Shown in pieces: positions 12,565 through 24,700 of a stretch of DNA of 64,000 nucleotides; position 1 is the stretch's first letter, and the number at the start of each line of letters is the position of its first letter. Source of the DNA: Eledone cirrhosa (Eukaryota); assembly GCA_964016885.1 (NCBI GenBank), contig OZ024743.1:152148001-152212000 (forward strand), given 5' to 3'. The translations under genes and the position numbers were made by a program. The notes beneath the pieces were generated by a model. That model did not search any database and had not been told where the DNA came from. It was given only the letters and a program-made list of their open reading frames with translations.

Positions 12565-12953
12565 GCGATGAATTAGTTTTGCGCAAAGAAGACAAAATAA
12601 AATAAGATAAACAAACAAGCAAATAAATAAATAAATATATAGACAGACTGAACAAAAAAAATGGCGTAGACATACAACACAACAGGAGGAACAATGAATA
12701 TAACACCACTGACGATGTTGCAGATGTGCAACGAAAGATTTATGTAAACTATATATATATGTGTTTGTCTATATTGTATCTGTATTATTTTTGACCGCCG
12801 GTCAGTCAATGGCAACATTGAGGACCGAGTAAGCTAGATCGCAGATATATATATATAAAAGACAGCGAGAAGCGAAAACCAACCAAACAGTGAGTGTGTT
12901 CTGTTATTAATTCTGGCAATATTACGCAAATATGACCCTCCCCAAATATAACA
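12559..12953 (+). mobile_element. Probable solo LTR
   Basis: Ends ...AATATAACA, internal TATATAAAAG, partial second copy at 4125-4228, flanked by (TA)n; 5' TG not intact. Confidence 0.5.
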
Positions 12954-13094
12954 ATATATATATAGGGATTGTAATTCCCATACTGTAGGTTCACCAGAGT
13001 GAGCACTCGATGCGTAGTTTCCAGTAAGTATAGATGTGTAGTACTAAGCTGAGTGTAATAATGATAATGATAATTATAATAACAATAATAATAA

Positions 13095-13263
13095 TAATTG
13101 TTCTACTTTTGGCACAAGGCCAGCAATCACCCAGTGCATTACTGGTACTTTATTCTATCGATGAAAGGCAAAGTTAACCTCGGCGGGATTTGAACTCAGA
13201 TCATAAAGGGAGGTAACTCTATTCTTCAAAGCATGAAGTCCGACCCTCTACCGATACTGCCAA
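13095..13263 (-). mobile_element. Second tRNA-derived SINE family (OK-like)
   Basis: Reverse complement has GAGTTCAAATCCCGCCGAGGTTAACTTTGCC...GGCCTTGTGCCAAAA; further copies at 21642, 27186, 43558 and 57557. Confidence 0.8.
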
Positions 13264-13278
13264 CAACAATAATAATAA

Positions 13279-14240
13279 TGTTCAGATGGAGAAAAACAGT
13301 CTGCACAAATATGTGTCTGACAGTAGGGGGCCAATGCTCAAAGTTGTACTGAAGGAGAAGACAATAGAACAGGGGATATCCAAGGAGGAAATAACAACAT
13401 GGAGGAAGAGCAACCTTCATGAAAAATCCCTTCATTGCACCTTCTTTAAGAAAACAGAATTCAGAGATCCACAGACATGGAACTGGTTAAAAAGAGGAGA
13501 CCTTAAAAAAAAGCTACAGAAGGAATGCAAATGGCTGTGCAAGAGCAAGCCCTCAGAACGAAATGAGTGAAACACCATATTGACAAGGAGGAGGCTAGCT
13601 CACTGTGTGGGATCTGTGGAGAGAGAGAGGAAACTGTGGCTCACATTGTATCCGAGTGTAAACACCTAGCCCAGACTCACTATAAAGGCTGGAGACATGA
13701 TGTGATGGGCAGGGTGATCTACTAGTATCTATGCAAAGTAAACAATTTACTACATTCTGAGAAGTGGTATGAGTATAAGCCAGAGTCAGTGATAGAAAAC
13801 GATCAAGTGAAGGTGCTATGGGATTTTAGGATTCAGACAGACAAGAAATTAGAACACAATAGGCTTGACATAGTGGTTTATGACAAGGAAAAAAGTGTAG
13901 ATGTAACCTGCCCATTTGACACGAGAGTGCAAGAAAGGGAGAGGGAGAAAATTAACCAATACCAGTATTTAAAGTGGGAGTTAAAAAGGATGTGGAACTG
14001 CCATGAGATCAAGGTCGTCCTGATTGTCATAGGAGCACTAGGTACTATTTCAGAGAGTTTCCAAGGATAGTTAAAGAACATTAGTCCAGACTCATTTTCT
14101 GTAACACTTCAAAAAGCATGCTTGCTGGGAACAGCAAGAGCCCTCCAATACGTCCTGAATATCTGAGGCTGCAGGTAACGGCTTGATATTCATTTCAACA
14201 AACTTTCCACTTAAATAACATCAATGACTGAGACTCAAAG
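13279..14240 (+). mobile_element. R4/Dong-clade non-LTR retrotransposon 3' fragment (CCHC plus restriction-like endonuclease)
   Basis: CGICGEREETVAHIVSEC, RHD, LWDFRIQTD, NRLDIVV, EKINQYQYL, IVIGALG, LQKACLLGTAR; flanked by (AAT)n. Confidence 0.85.
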
Positions 14241-14270
14241 AATAATAACAATAATAATAATAATAATAAT

Positions 14271-15040
14271 AAAATAATGCTTTCTTTATTAACCACAAGG
14301 GTTTACACAAAGTAGACATTAAGGACAGTACAGGACAATACAGGACAGTACAAAAGGGCATTTCTGCGTGTAAAAAAACAAAAAAAACAGAGGATGTAAT
14401 AATAGAACAATGAAATAATTCCCCAATAGGGGGGAGACTTCCGAGGGCCATCGTGGAGAAAGCCCATTAAAAAGCCATGGTGACCCTGACCAGGGCAATT
14501 GTCCTCTCCCAGTTTTCCACCTTCAATTTGCAGGCATATACTCAGAGTATGTCCACTCACTCGGGCCATTCTTGCCTCTCTCACCCATCTTTCAACAAAA
14601 TGCTGGGAAGAGAGCACTTCCCTCTCTACCCTGATTTTCCTTTTCAAATGAAATTGGAAAAAGTTAATCAGGGCATGACCGAAGCGGTAAGTGCTCGTCT
14701 TCAGCCCTTTCAGACGTGTCCACCATACTATCTCTTTCGCCATGGCCACCAGACAGATAAAAACTGCCTGCCCTTCCCGGCTAAAGGAGGAGGGCGGGGC
14801 AACCCTCACGATGGATTCAGCTGATAGCTGGATCCGTTCTACATGCGACAGCAGGTGTTCGACATAAACCCACAAGTCAACAATGCTCGGACACTGGACG
14901 AGTGCATGCAGAACGGTTTCGTCGCCCTGCGCGCATCTCGGACATGCCCAGCTGACGGCACCTACATGCCTGTAGAGTTTATCCCGAACTGGCAAAGCTC
15001 CTCAGTAGCACTGCCAGGCCAGGGATTTCTGGAAGTTCTT
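14271..15040 (-). mobile_element. L1/Tx1-clade LINE 3' fragment
   Basis: ORF 14303-14995 has CPRCAQGDETVLHALVQC (zf-RVT-like); AATAAA followed by an (ATT)n tail. Confidence 0.8.
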
Positions 15041-17225
15041 CCAATAATAATAATAAAAATGACGATTTGTTATGTCTTCATTACGTTTATTGAGTAGTGA
15101 CACATGCTTCACTATTAATCAGCTGAAGGTTTGATCTGTATCAATCTAGCTTGACTCTGGAATCAAAATATTAACATTGACACTATATTTTGATAGCTTT
15201 GGTCTCTAATCATCAGCAAGTGTCTTATTCTTGGTCTAGACCTAGTCTTAAATGGATATTCAGTTTCCACATTCAACATTTAAAACTGGGACACACGTTT
15301 ATCTTCTCTATTAATTAGCAGATTAGTTCTTCTGTACAAGCCTTTAAACTATATTAATAATTAAAAGAAAAAATAGTATATGCAATACTTGAGGAGTTCT
15401 GCTGAAACATTACATTTCCTCTCTAAAACATCCCAATAAGACTTGTTCTACTACCTCACATGTGTGTGATATCTAACTTCAAAAGAATAGCAAGGTTTTG
15501 TCTAAGGAACCAGCAAAACGTTTAATATATCTTGCATAGAAACCTCCTGCCAAATCTGCCTATTTACATCATCTACCCATTTCTAATCCTTTAAATCAAA
15601 ACCTTTCTTACATGGTATTTCATAGCTCAAGTTCATAATGCCAGCTTTCACTCTATATCAATAAATATCAGGGGTCAATGATATCTCTTACACTTGGCTT
15701 ACTTTACATTAATGACCTATTTACTGACAACTTCAAACACATTCATTCTTCTGCTACCTGCATATGTATGATAACTTAAACTTACTACAATCTGAGTAGA
15801 TATTTATGAATGAAAGATAACACTCTCATACAACTCAGATAGCAATTTAAAAAAATTGAAAATATTTTCACTACAAATGAAATTAATCATAAATTCATAA
15901 ACATCAAATGGATCATAAATATGATAGTGAAGAAAATATTTTCAAATCTAATAAAAAAGGAACATACAAACAGAAAAATAAACTAGTGCTAACTTCCAAT
16001 TTGTTCAATATTGGCTTGCATCATAATTTTCTATTTATATTACCACTTGAGAAACCCAAAGAAAAAATAATTTAAAAAAAAAGCTTCAACCTTTGCTAGA
16101 ATATATTGGAAATGAAATATGTTCAGTTAGTCATAGAAAACACAAATAATTGATTCAGACCAAAGTTAATATAAACAAGAACTAAAGATTTTGTAGCAGT
16201 TCTTCCTATCATATTATGAATAATTAAAAATTTCCTTTTTGTTAGCTTCTCAACTTTTGACTTTTGAAACAGATTAGCAAAAAGCACTAAATCTAAAGCT
16301 CTGTGCTGCCTTAACATTATATAAATAAATTATTTACGAGCATAGAATGAATTTAGCAGTTGTTTAGTTCCTTAACACTGATTACTCAAAGCAATTATCA
16401 AATGTGTTTGGGCCATAACCATTCCACCTTTTAGGATACTTTTTGGGACTACTTTATTCAATCGTTCCCTCCATATTTCAGATGGAAGGATGGGATTTGA
16501 GGAAAATTTGGCTCTTATTTACAAAAGGTTAGATTGCCAAATGGAGGCTCTCTCATTAACTCAGAGATTTAAAAGTGGATTTAAGTGGCTGTAATACAGT
16601 TCAATGTGAAATACATAAAAACAGTTATACATTGCAATTTATAACATTTCATTAACTTAACTAGTATTGAGCCAAATTCAGTGGTTGTAGCATTAATCTA
16701 ATGACTCACTGGCAAGATTTATATTCGAAACATCGATTACTACTAGAATGGTTAAATTAAACTAGAATTGATAGCTTCATCATTTATTCTGTTAGAGTTT
16801 CACAAATATATCATTACTGGACATATATATTTAGATCAGTACAAATACGTACATTCCTCATTACTTTTGTTCAAATGAAAGTAAAATTCCTTGGAGAAAA
16901 TACCATTCTAAAATTCATGCAATGAGTTAAAAAGACGATAAAAGTAACATTAAATTTTTCTTTGAAGAGATAACAGAAGAAATACTTGTATTGAAAAATA
17001 CTTTCGACTTAGAGTCTAGACAATTAGTATATTTTTCAACAATAAAAAAAAATGATTAAAACTAGAAAAGCACTAATCATCTCCAACAATACCAATTAAA
17101 ATTTAAATTAGAAACTTTGTTACAGAAGGATGATAAAAACTTTTGTCCATTATAAATGAAGACATCTACCTCATTTCTATTTATCTACTAAAGAATGAAA
17201 ATTACATTTTGTTCATTTATTTTAC

Positions 17226-17263
17226 CTTGTAGTTCAACCAGAAACATCCAATTCTCACCAGAA
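17226..17263 (-). CDS. Predicted internal exon (38 nt, phase 1 to 0)
   Basis: ttttcaacag acceptor, AAG|gtaaaa donor; (V)LVRIGCFWLNYK; phase fits both neighbours. Confidence 0.6.
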
Positions 17264-17804
17264 CTGTTGAAAATATAGTTAGTTAAATAAAACATGAAGT
17301 GCCTGGATAATTCTTTTATTTTTTTACTGGTTTCAGTCATTAGACTAAAGGAATGTTAGTCAATCATATGAACCTATTACTCATTTTCATGACTGGTATA
17401 TATTTAATCAAGCTGCTAAGCAATGGAAAATAAACAAACAGTAAACATAATCTCATGCATAAACACATATTCATGTATACACACTCACATATAGGGAAAA
17501 CAGATGTAAAACATCTACCAGATTTCACTCATGAAGCATTGGTCAATCCTCACATTGGGACTAAACCTGAAACCACATAGTTACAAAAGAAGCAGCTTAA
17601 CCACATTCTACATGTTTGTGCCTATAGATAAAGGATTAAATTACATAAAATATTTTTTGGTATGGTTTTTCCATGAAATATTAAGTTATATTAAACTCAG
17701 AAAGACTGAAAACTGATTACTCTATGACATGTTAGTGAAGCAAAATGTTTAGCTATTTCTGATTTAACAATGGTTTCCTCAACTGTTCTATGCTGACGGC
17801 TCAT

Positions 17805-18045
17805 CAGGTCAGTGATAATCCTCAGTTTCCTTGGCATAAGCAACTGAGAGTACAAGACTCTCTCTCTGGATAGAACACCAGTATATCACAGGATTAACTT
17901 CCCAGTTACTGCTGGTACTAACTCTCAGCTGACTATACTTGAGCAATGTGAAATAAAGTGTTTTGCTCAAGAACACAATGCAGCAGCCTGTCCAGGAATT
18001 GAACCAATAACATTAAAATTGCATGGCAAGCATCCTAACCATTAG
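17805..18045 (-). mobile_element. Older copy of the tRNA/CORE-like SINE
   Basis: GAGCAATGTGAAATAAAGTGTTTTGCTCAAG matches the reverse complement of the SINE core. Confidence 0.65.
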
Positions 18046-19394
18046 CTCAGAATTTAAAAGATATCAAAAGGCAATCTGTCCAATTCTCTACTGATTTTGG
18101 CTTTTCACTGTCTTCCATAACAATAATAATAGTGATGAGACTTATATATTTACTATTTCGGTTTACTACTTTCATAATCAAACCTCTAATAAACTGGGTG
18201 GCAAGTACCATACAGTGGCAGATAAGATCCCGGTTGACTGAATCTATGATCATTTTTTAATGCCTAAAGAAATAATAAAAGAAAGGATAATCATAACTGA
18301 TATTATTTTGATCATTCGTCTACTTCATCAAATCCGGCCTAGGATTAAACAGCAGTAATTTTCTATGTTTAAACTATTGCAATATTAAACCAAGCTATGA
18401 TCTGAAGCAGATTTGCAATGATTTGATGTTTTAGTCATGAAAAATCTATAGAGAAATTTACTCAATTTGAAAGACAACATTGCCTAGCTTTATATTGCTG
18501 TAGAAACAACTAATGAATCTCAGTGTTATATTTATAGTCTTTATAAATAAAATTATAATACTCAACAATTCTCTTAACTTTCATAATCTGGTTTTGGTTT
18601 TAAGCATACATCTCTATTAATGAATGTAAAATTATGATCTGACAGTATTTTGCTTTTCTTCTGATTGTCATGGAAGAAGTTCTAAACATCCGTAATTATG
18701 AGAAAGATGAGAACTGTATAAATACATTATGCATAGAGTTAGAAAGTAGAAGTAAATAGATGACACAACTTGAATAGTTATCAGGAGTACGAAGGTGATT
18801 TAGTCTGGGCTTGCTTCCATAATGAACACTTTGTTATTATATTTAATCTTAAGGTGAACCAATATCTTATTTAAATTCAAGCAATTAACTTTGCCAGGCC
18901 GCTCTATGCACTGACACAATATAAATATACACTTTGGAATATGCTATTATTTTAATGGCATTTTTATTGAAACCAATAAACATTGTAAATCAATGTCGAT
19001 ACTTTCTTTCTCGTACTTTTGATACATAAAACTACTTGCCTTTCTGCAAAGTTCTATAATTATGGGGAGATGAGTTATTGGAGTCAGAATATCTAAAAAT
19101 ATGTACATACAATTTAAATGATGAGTAGTTTCTTTTTATTTAAGTTGAAAAAGATTTATTTTATGACACACTGGACTTATTCAGTTTGTAAACACTCCAT
19201 GCTTTGATAGACAATTATAATAGAAATGTCTTCTTTGATACCAAATATTAAGCTAGCCTGCAAAGTAGACTTTCAGAAAGAAAAGAATTATTTCAACTAG
19301 TTAACAGAATGCTTTCACACTTCACAGTTAGCTATTATGTTTCTTTAACTCTTTAAGCTTTCTGGTTTTACTTAAATTGATCACATTTTTTAGA

Positions 19395-20420
19395 AACTAT
19401 AGTGAATCCTATTCTACAAAAGACCAGCCTGTCTGACCATACCAGCTACCATCTTATCCCTACTTCTTTTACCGACTCAAACATGATGACGAGAGTCATA
19501 GAAAAACTACCCCTTTCTCCACTTTCAGTATCTCTCTTCTTTGTAGGCACCAATATGTTTTCTTTAAACCAATTCTACTGGGGTCATAAACCCCCTCATA
19601 TCTCACACCAGTAGTCTCATATCCTTTAAAACTTTAGTTAAAGCAAAACCATTGACTATGGGAGGAGAACCATTTAGCTGAATTGCTCATTTATGGTCTT
19701 CATTGTCTCTCATCTCTCTGATCAGACATTTCCCATCAAACCATTCCATTGCAGCATGTGTCACCGGGGAGTTTTTCTTCTGAATGACACTATTAATTCT
19801 AATGTACACCAAGGATTAGTTATATCTCCAAAGTCCTATTCATTAATGAATTATTTGCTGTTACATTTAACCACACGCAGTCCTATAGATATGATACTAC
19901 CTTTAACATATGCTATCTATACCTATTCACTTCACATCAAACTTGCCTGCACAACCTCAATGAACAACAACTTTAAAATGTTATCCAATAGGGAATTGGA
20001 AACATAGTTTCCTTCAATGGCACAAAGACACATTAACTGCAAATATAAAAGAAACAGTCTTTGTATCACACACTCTCACAAACTAGATTCGACAGTGTTG
20101 AAAACTGAAGGTCGTATTTTAATAATGTAGTCCTAGATACACTATGTCTGAAAATTAGATGGGTTGGTTATGGCTTTCGTCATAGTTCCAACTGATTACT
20201 GCTGACCTGAAGCTAAAGAGCAACTCAAAGTCATCAAATGCTAGGCTTCACAATCCTGGACAATCTAATCCTTACTGGAATTACCAACCAAAGTTTAAAC
20301 ATTCTCTTTGGAACCTGTCCATGCTTCAACCTTTCTAACTATCTATAAAGTTCTAATATAATAGTGCAACCCACATTATAATGCCACTCACATATTTGAC
20401 TGAGATGGTACTGCAGCAAA
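19395..20420 (+). mobile_element. Highly decayed CR1/Crack-type LINE RT remnant
   Basis: Faint PIxKK...SYHLI and QGLVISP motifs; heavily disrupted. Confidence 0.35.
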
Positions 20421-20758
20421 TTAGAAATTAAATCTTTATTGCTTTGTCTATTCATTTCATTTAATCTGTTCATGTGTCTTCAGGAATTCTTAATCATATA
20501 CAGCAATAATATTTAGCAATCATATGGGTAGAATGCACACTGATGGTACAATCTCTGAATGTTTGAAAAACATTCAGAGTTTCTAATGTAACACAGAAAC
20601 AAAATTCACAGTTACCAATATGGATCAATAAAGTAAACAAATAGCAGCAAATATAATCACTAGGCAACTAATATAATATTTGAAAAGGATTTACTCCAAA
20701 ATAAAAATAAATAAAAGAAAAACTATTTTCTGGCTATGTAGTATTCAAAATCACAAAC

Positions 20759-20872
20759 CACTTGATCCCAACAGATATAATTTTATAGAAAATGTCAGAA
20801 TGCCTGAACAGGAAAAAGAAAACTGCTGTCTTTGACGCTTGTAATTTTGCAACATGATGTAGAGCCAAATAT
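20759..20872 (-). CDS. Predicted internal exon (114 nt, phase 1 to 1)
   Basis: tttttctacag acceptor, G|gtttgt donor; (D)IWLYIMLQNYKRQRQQFSFSCSGILTFSIKLYLLGSS, spaced like recalled TMEM241 DLF...RFHGSCCASGFLGF. Confidence 0.65.
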
Positions 20873-21641
20873 CTGTAGAAAAACCTTTCAAATACATTCT
20901 GCACCGAAAATAGATTTCATGATAATGGCAATATAAATGCATATACACATTTAAAGTGTAAAGTGTTACACACACTTGCTACATGCATTGTGCAAATATA
21001 AATGTGCGTGTATGTATAGATATTCAATTTATGTACGCATAGTCAAATTAAAGTTAAGATAATAAGCAGGTGGTCAGAGATGTTATTAAATATTTGAAAG
21101 CTCTCTATGACATTTTAACATAATTCTATATCACATTCAACCCTAGGTTAATCAAACTCTTAATTAGAAATTACCTTTATTAAGAAATGATTTCCTTGAC
21201 ATGCAATTAAATTGCTAATATCATAATATTGACATTAAACTGATTTTATATATAAATTCTATCAAAAAATGTAATTTAAATTATTCTACATAGCTATATT
21301 TCAGTTGGCACTCAATAACAGACAAGATTCTATTGTATAGATCCAGTTTCTTTTATCTTTTCCCAAGAATTCCATTGATTACTTAGAAACAGTTTTCCAA
21401 CATATAGTTATGATTTTGAGGACATTTAGATCATATACATATTTACTTATATGCTACTGTACATTTCACTTAAACTAAAATGGAAGTGCTTAAGCACTGA
21501 GTTTCTTCAAACGTATATGGAAGTGAAAACTGCGATGCTTTTGTTTTACTTCAGTAAAAAAAAGATAATGGTATTAGGTAGCATAACGAGTTAAGATAAT
21601 TATATATTTGGATTTCATTATGTGTATATATTCTTATAGGA

Positions 21642-21790
21642 TTGGCAGTATGGGTAGAGGGTTGGATGCCATTCTGAGTTCAAATCCCGCCGAGGTTAAC
21701 TTTGCCTTTCATCCTTACGGGGTCGATAAAATAAAGTACCAGTAATGCACTGGTTAATTGCTGGCCTTGTGCCAAAAGTAGAAACAATTA
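21642..21790 (+). mobile_element. OK-like tRNA SINE
   Basis: Same family as 13095-13263; ATTATGTGTATATATTCTT is repeated on both sides (possible TSD). Confidence 0.8.
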
Positions 21791-22099
21791 TGTGTATATA
21801 TTCTTGCATAGTAACTAGGATTTAAAAGTCTTAGTTAAGGTTTTTTTTAAGATTCAATCTTCATAGTCTATATGATCTTGTGTGTAGGTTTGTCTTTCAG
21901 TTATTGTTATTTAACACTGTTTAAGGTATGATTAGCCTGTTTAGCATCAAGTCAAATTTGATCAGCTGTAGCTTGCAAGCGAAAAGACTGAGCTAGTATG
22001 GGATTGTGATGTGTATGAAGAATGACAGTCAAGCAAAGAAGAAATGTTAAGAAATCCAGCTGGAAGAAGCCTTTTACCTCCAGTACAGACAGTTAATTG

Positions 22100-22500
22100 T
22101 ACCTTTTCCAAAGATGTGTTGGAACAACTTTGAAAATGGGTCCAGAAAAGACATCACAGGAGATTGAATATTACAGCATGATAACATGCTGGCTCATACA
22201 GTAATTTCTATTAGTGAATTTCTGGCGATAAAAAACATTCCCACTTTTTCACATCTCTACAGCCTAGATCTAACTCTGTGTGATTTCTAACTCTTCACTA
22301 ATTTGAAATCGAAGTTGAATGGTCATTATTTTGAGTCTGTGGAAATATACAAACATGTAACTAATAAGTTAAGGACAATCACAGAAAATTACTTCCAGTA
22401 CTGCAACGATCAATGGAAAAAAACATTGAAACCATTGTGTGACTTCCCAAGGGTGGTATTTTTAAGGAGATAATGTGTAATTTCATGTATCTCTATTATA
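22100..22500 (+). mobile_element. Decayed mariner transposase 3' fragment
   Basis: QHDNMLAHT...LYSLDLTLCDF*LF...HCVTSQGWYF corresponds to mariner HDNAPAH / YSPDLAPCDF motifs. Confidence 0.75.
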
Positions 22501-22852
22501 TATTTAAATAAAACATCAGTACCCTTAATTTTGAGACAAACTAAGTATGTACATATATGTACATATCATTACTATTTTAGATCCATATTCTAGATACTTG
22601 CATATTGGATTGTGTCATGATAAGAATTAACCAGTACATTCTTTAAAGTGGTAGTGTTTGTGCCACAACAAAATGAATCCTGTACAGTTCCTAAGATAGT
22701 ATACATTAGGAAGGGCATTAAGCTGTAGATATCATGCCAAAAATTGAATCTATAAGCAAGACATAGTCATACCTTGGTCCATGACAATCCATCTACTCAT
22801 TCCAGCATAGAAACTGAATGTAAAATTATGATGACAAAATTATGATGGATAT

Positions 22853-22927
<75 letters not shown>

Positions 22928-23910
22928 CTACAGTCATCATGATAGAAGGACAGAATATTATATACTAAAACTAAGAATATCGATCATAAATATGATATGA
23001 TATGATAAAGGATGCCCAACGCAACTAATGTCATAGTGAATGCTATCAGGAATAGCAGGCAATTTTAATGAATGAGCTTGTATTGTAATCTAACAAGAAG
23101 TTAGGAAGAAATAATTGATTATTTGCAGAAATTGTATATTAATTATGAAGTATGGTCTGCAATGACTGAAGCATTATCAGTTCCAATGTTAAAGCCACTT
23201 TTATGTCAGCATTACACGTTTTACATGTGTTTTTCAAAGATAAGAGAATCTTTTGTTCAGAAAGAATGAGACCCGAGGTGCATCATATTACAAGAAGAGT
23301 ATAGCAGAAAAATAAAAACAATACTAGAATATCAATGCTTTGTGATAGTGTATTATTTTCTTTTACAAAAGACTATATTAGTTGAACATCCTTTATGTTA
23401 GTAACTGCTGATATTCCAATACATTTCTTTTTTAAATTTTTCCGTTTTACTAATATAAACAACTTTAGAACTTTCTATGGTTGGGTCAGCAGGGCAAAAG
23501 CACAAAAGAAATCTGATAACCTAATATTTCCTTTGAGTATTATATCAAGTAAAACAACTAACATTGCCATCATAGAGCAGGATGATGTCACATATCAGTT
23601 TTAAGTAAAACATATTTCAATAAACAAAATAAATACTTTTGTTGGGGCTTCAAAACAAACTTGTTCTAAATTAACAAAATAGTAATGCAGTAACCTCTTG
23701 GAAATTCAGATCAAACCCAGTTTTCATTCCCAATTGGTCAATGCTGTTGAACACTTCCTTGTGTGAATCAGTCTATAGTCAATAGTTTCACTGCCTTACA
23801 CTAAGATAAAAAATACCCCAAATCAAGCATTCTATTGATTGCTAGCATATATAATATTGCTAGCTTATAGAATATATCCTTGTAGAAAATACATATTGGA
23901 ATTGAGTTAC

Positions 23911-23942
23911 CTGTCAACTGTGAATATAACCTAAAATATAAC
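23911..23942 (-). CDS. Predicted micro-exon (20 or 32 nt, phase 2 to 1)
   Basis: CAG|gtaact donor; two in-frame ttttag acceptors 12 nt apart (exon starts 23930 or 23942); [LYFR]LYSQLT. Confidence 0.45.
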
Positions 23943-24415
23943 CTAAAATATAATATCTCACAATATAAAATGGCTGCAAAGTTAGCTCTCATGTTTTTAT
24001 GTTGTTATATTTTGGTTAAATATTTGTACTTTGTTACATAAAACAATATTGAATTTGCTGTGTGAATGAAGTGTTCCATAAAAGAAAATATTGCAAATGG
24101 TCATCTTACTCTATGAATAATAATAATTGCTCAGATTCTAGCAACAATCTTTCATTTTCCATTTTCAATGCGTATATTTAAGGATGGATCTTTTCTATGT
24201 GATAAATCAATATGATAAAAATAACGATGAGATGTGATATGCCCATGTGAAAATATGATACAACAAAGTCATTCTTTGCTATCTTCATTTTTCAAGTTAT
24301 TTACAGTTATATTTGAGGGTAAAGACCTCATAAAATATTATAGCATTTTCTTAATTCAGTCTTTATTTTTTCCTTCTCCATCCATGGTGCTCTCTCAAAT
24401 TCCAAACCTATAAAA

Positions 24416-24700
24416 CAGTCATGGGCAACCTGCAGCCCACAGGCTGCATGCGTCCCATGAAGCTCTCTGAATGGCTCGCCTAAGTCACCTAAGTGAAATC
24501 TTTTGAGTTTTTTGCCCAAACTTTTCGGTCGTAATTTATCTTTCTATCATTTCTACGATCGAGGAAAACAACATGTATGAATTCTGAAGAAACAAATCAA
24601 AACAACCATCCTTTTTTATGTGGGCACAAATGTAAATTAGCGCCTGATGATGAGCCATGTCTCATGCAGCCTGCTTCTCAAAAAAGGGTGGCCATGCCTG
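24416..24700. mobile_element. hAT (Charlie-like) MITE
   Basis: TIRs CAGTCATGGGCAAC / GTGGCCATGCCTG; 8-bp TSD CTATAAAA / CTATAAAC. Confidence 0.85.

Noticed and set aside
18209-18263. Exon-like segment ALKNDHRFSQPGSYLPLY on the minus strand
   Set aside because: Open only as phase 0 to 1, incompatible with the upstream exon's phase-1 end; weak donor.
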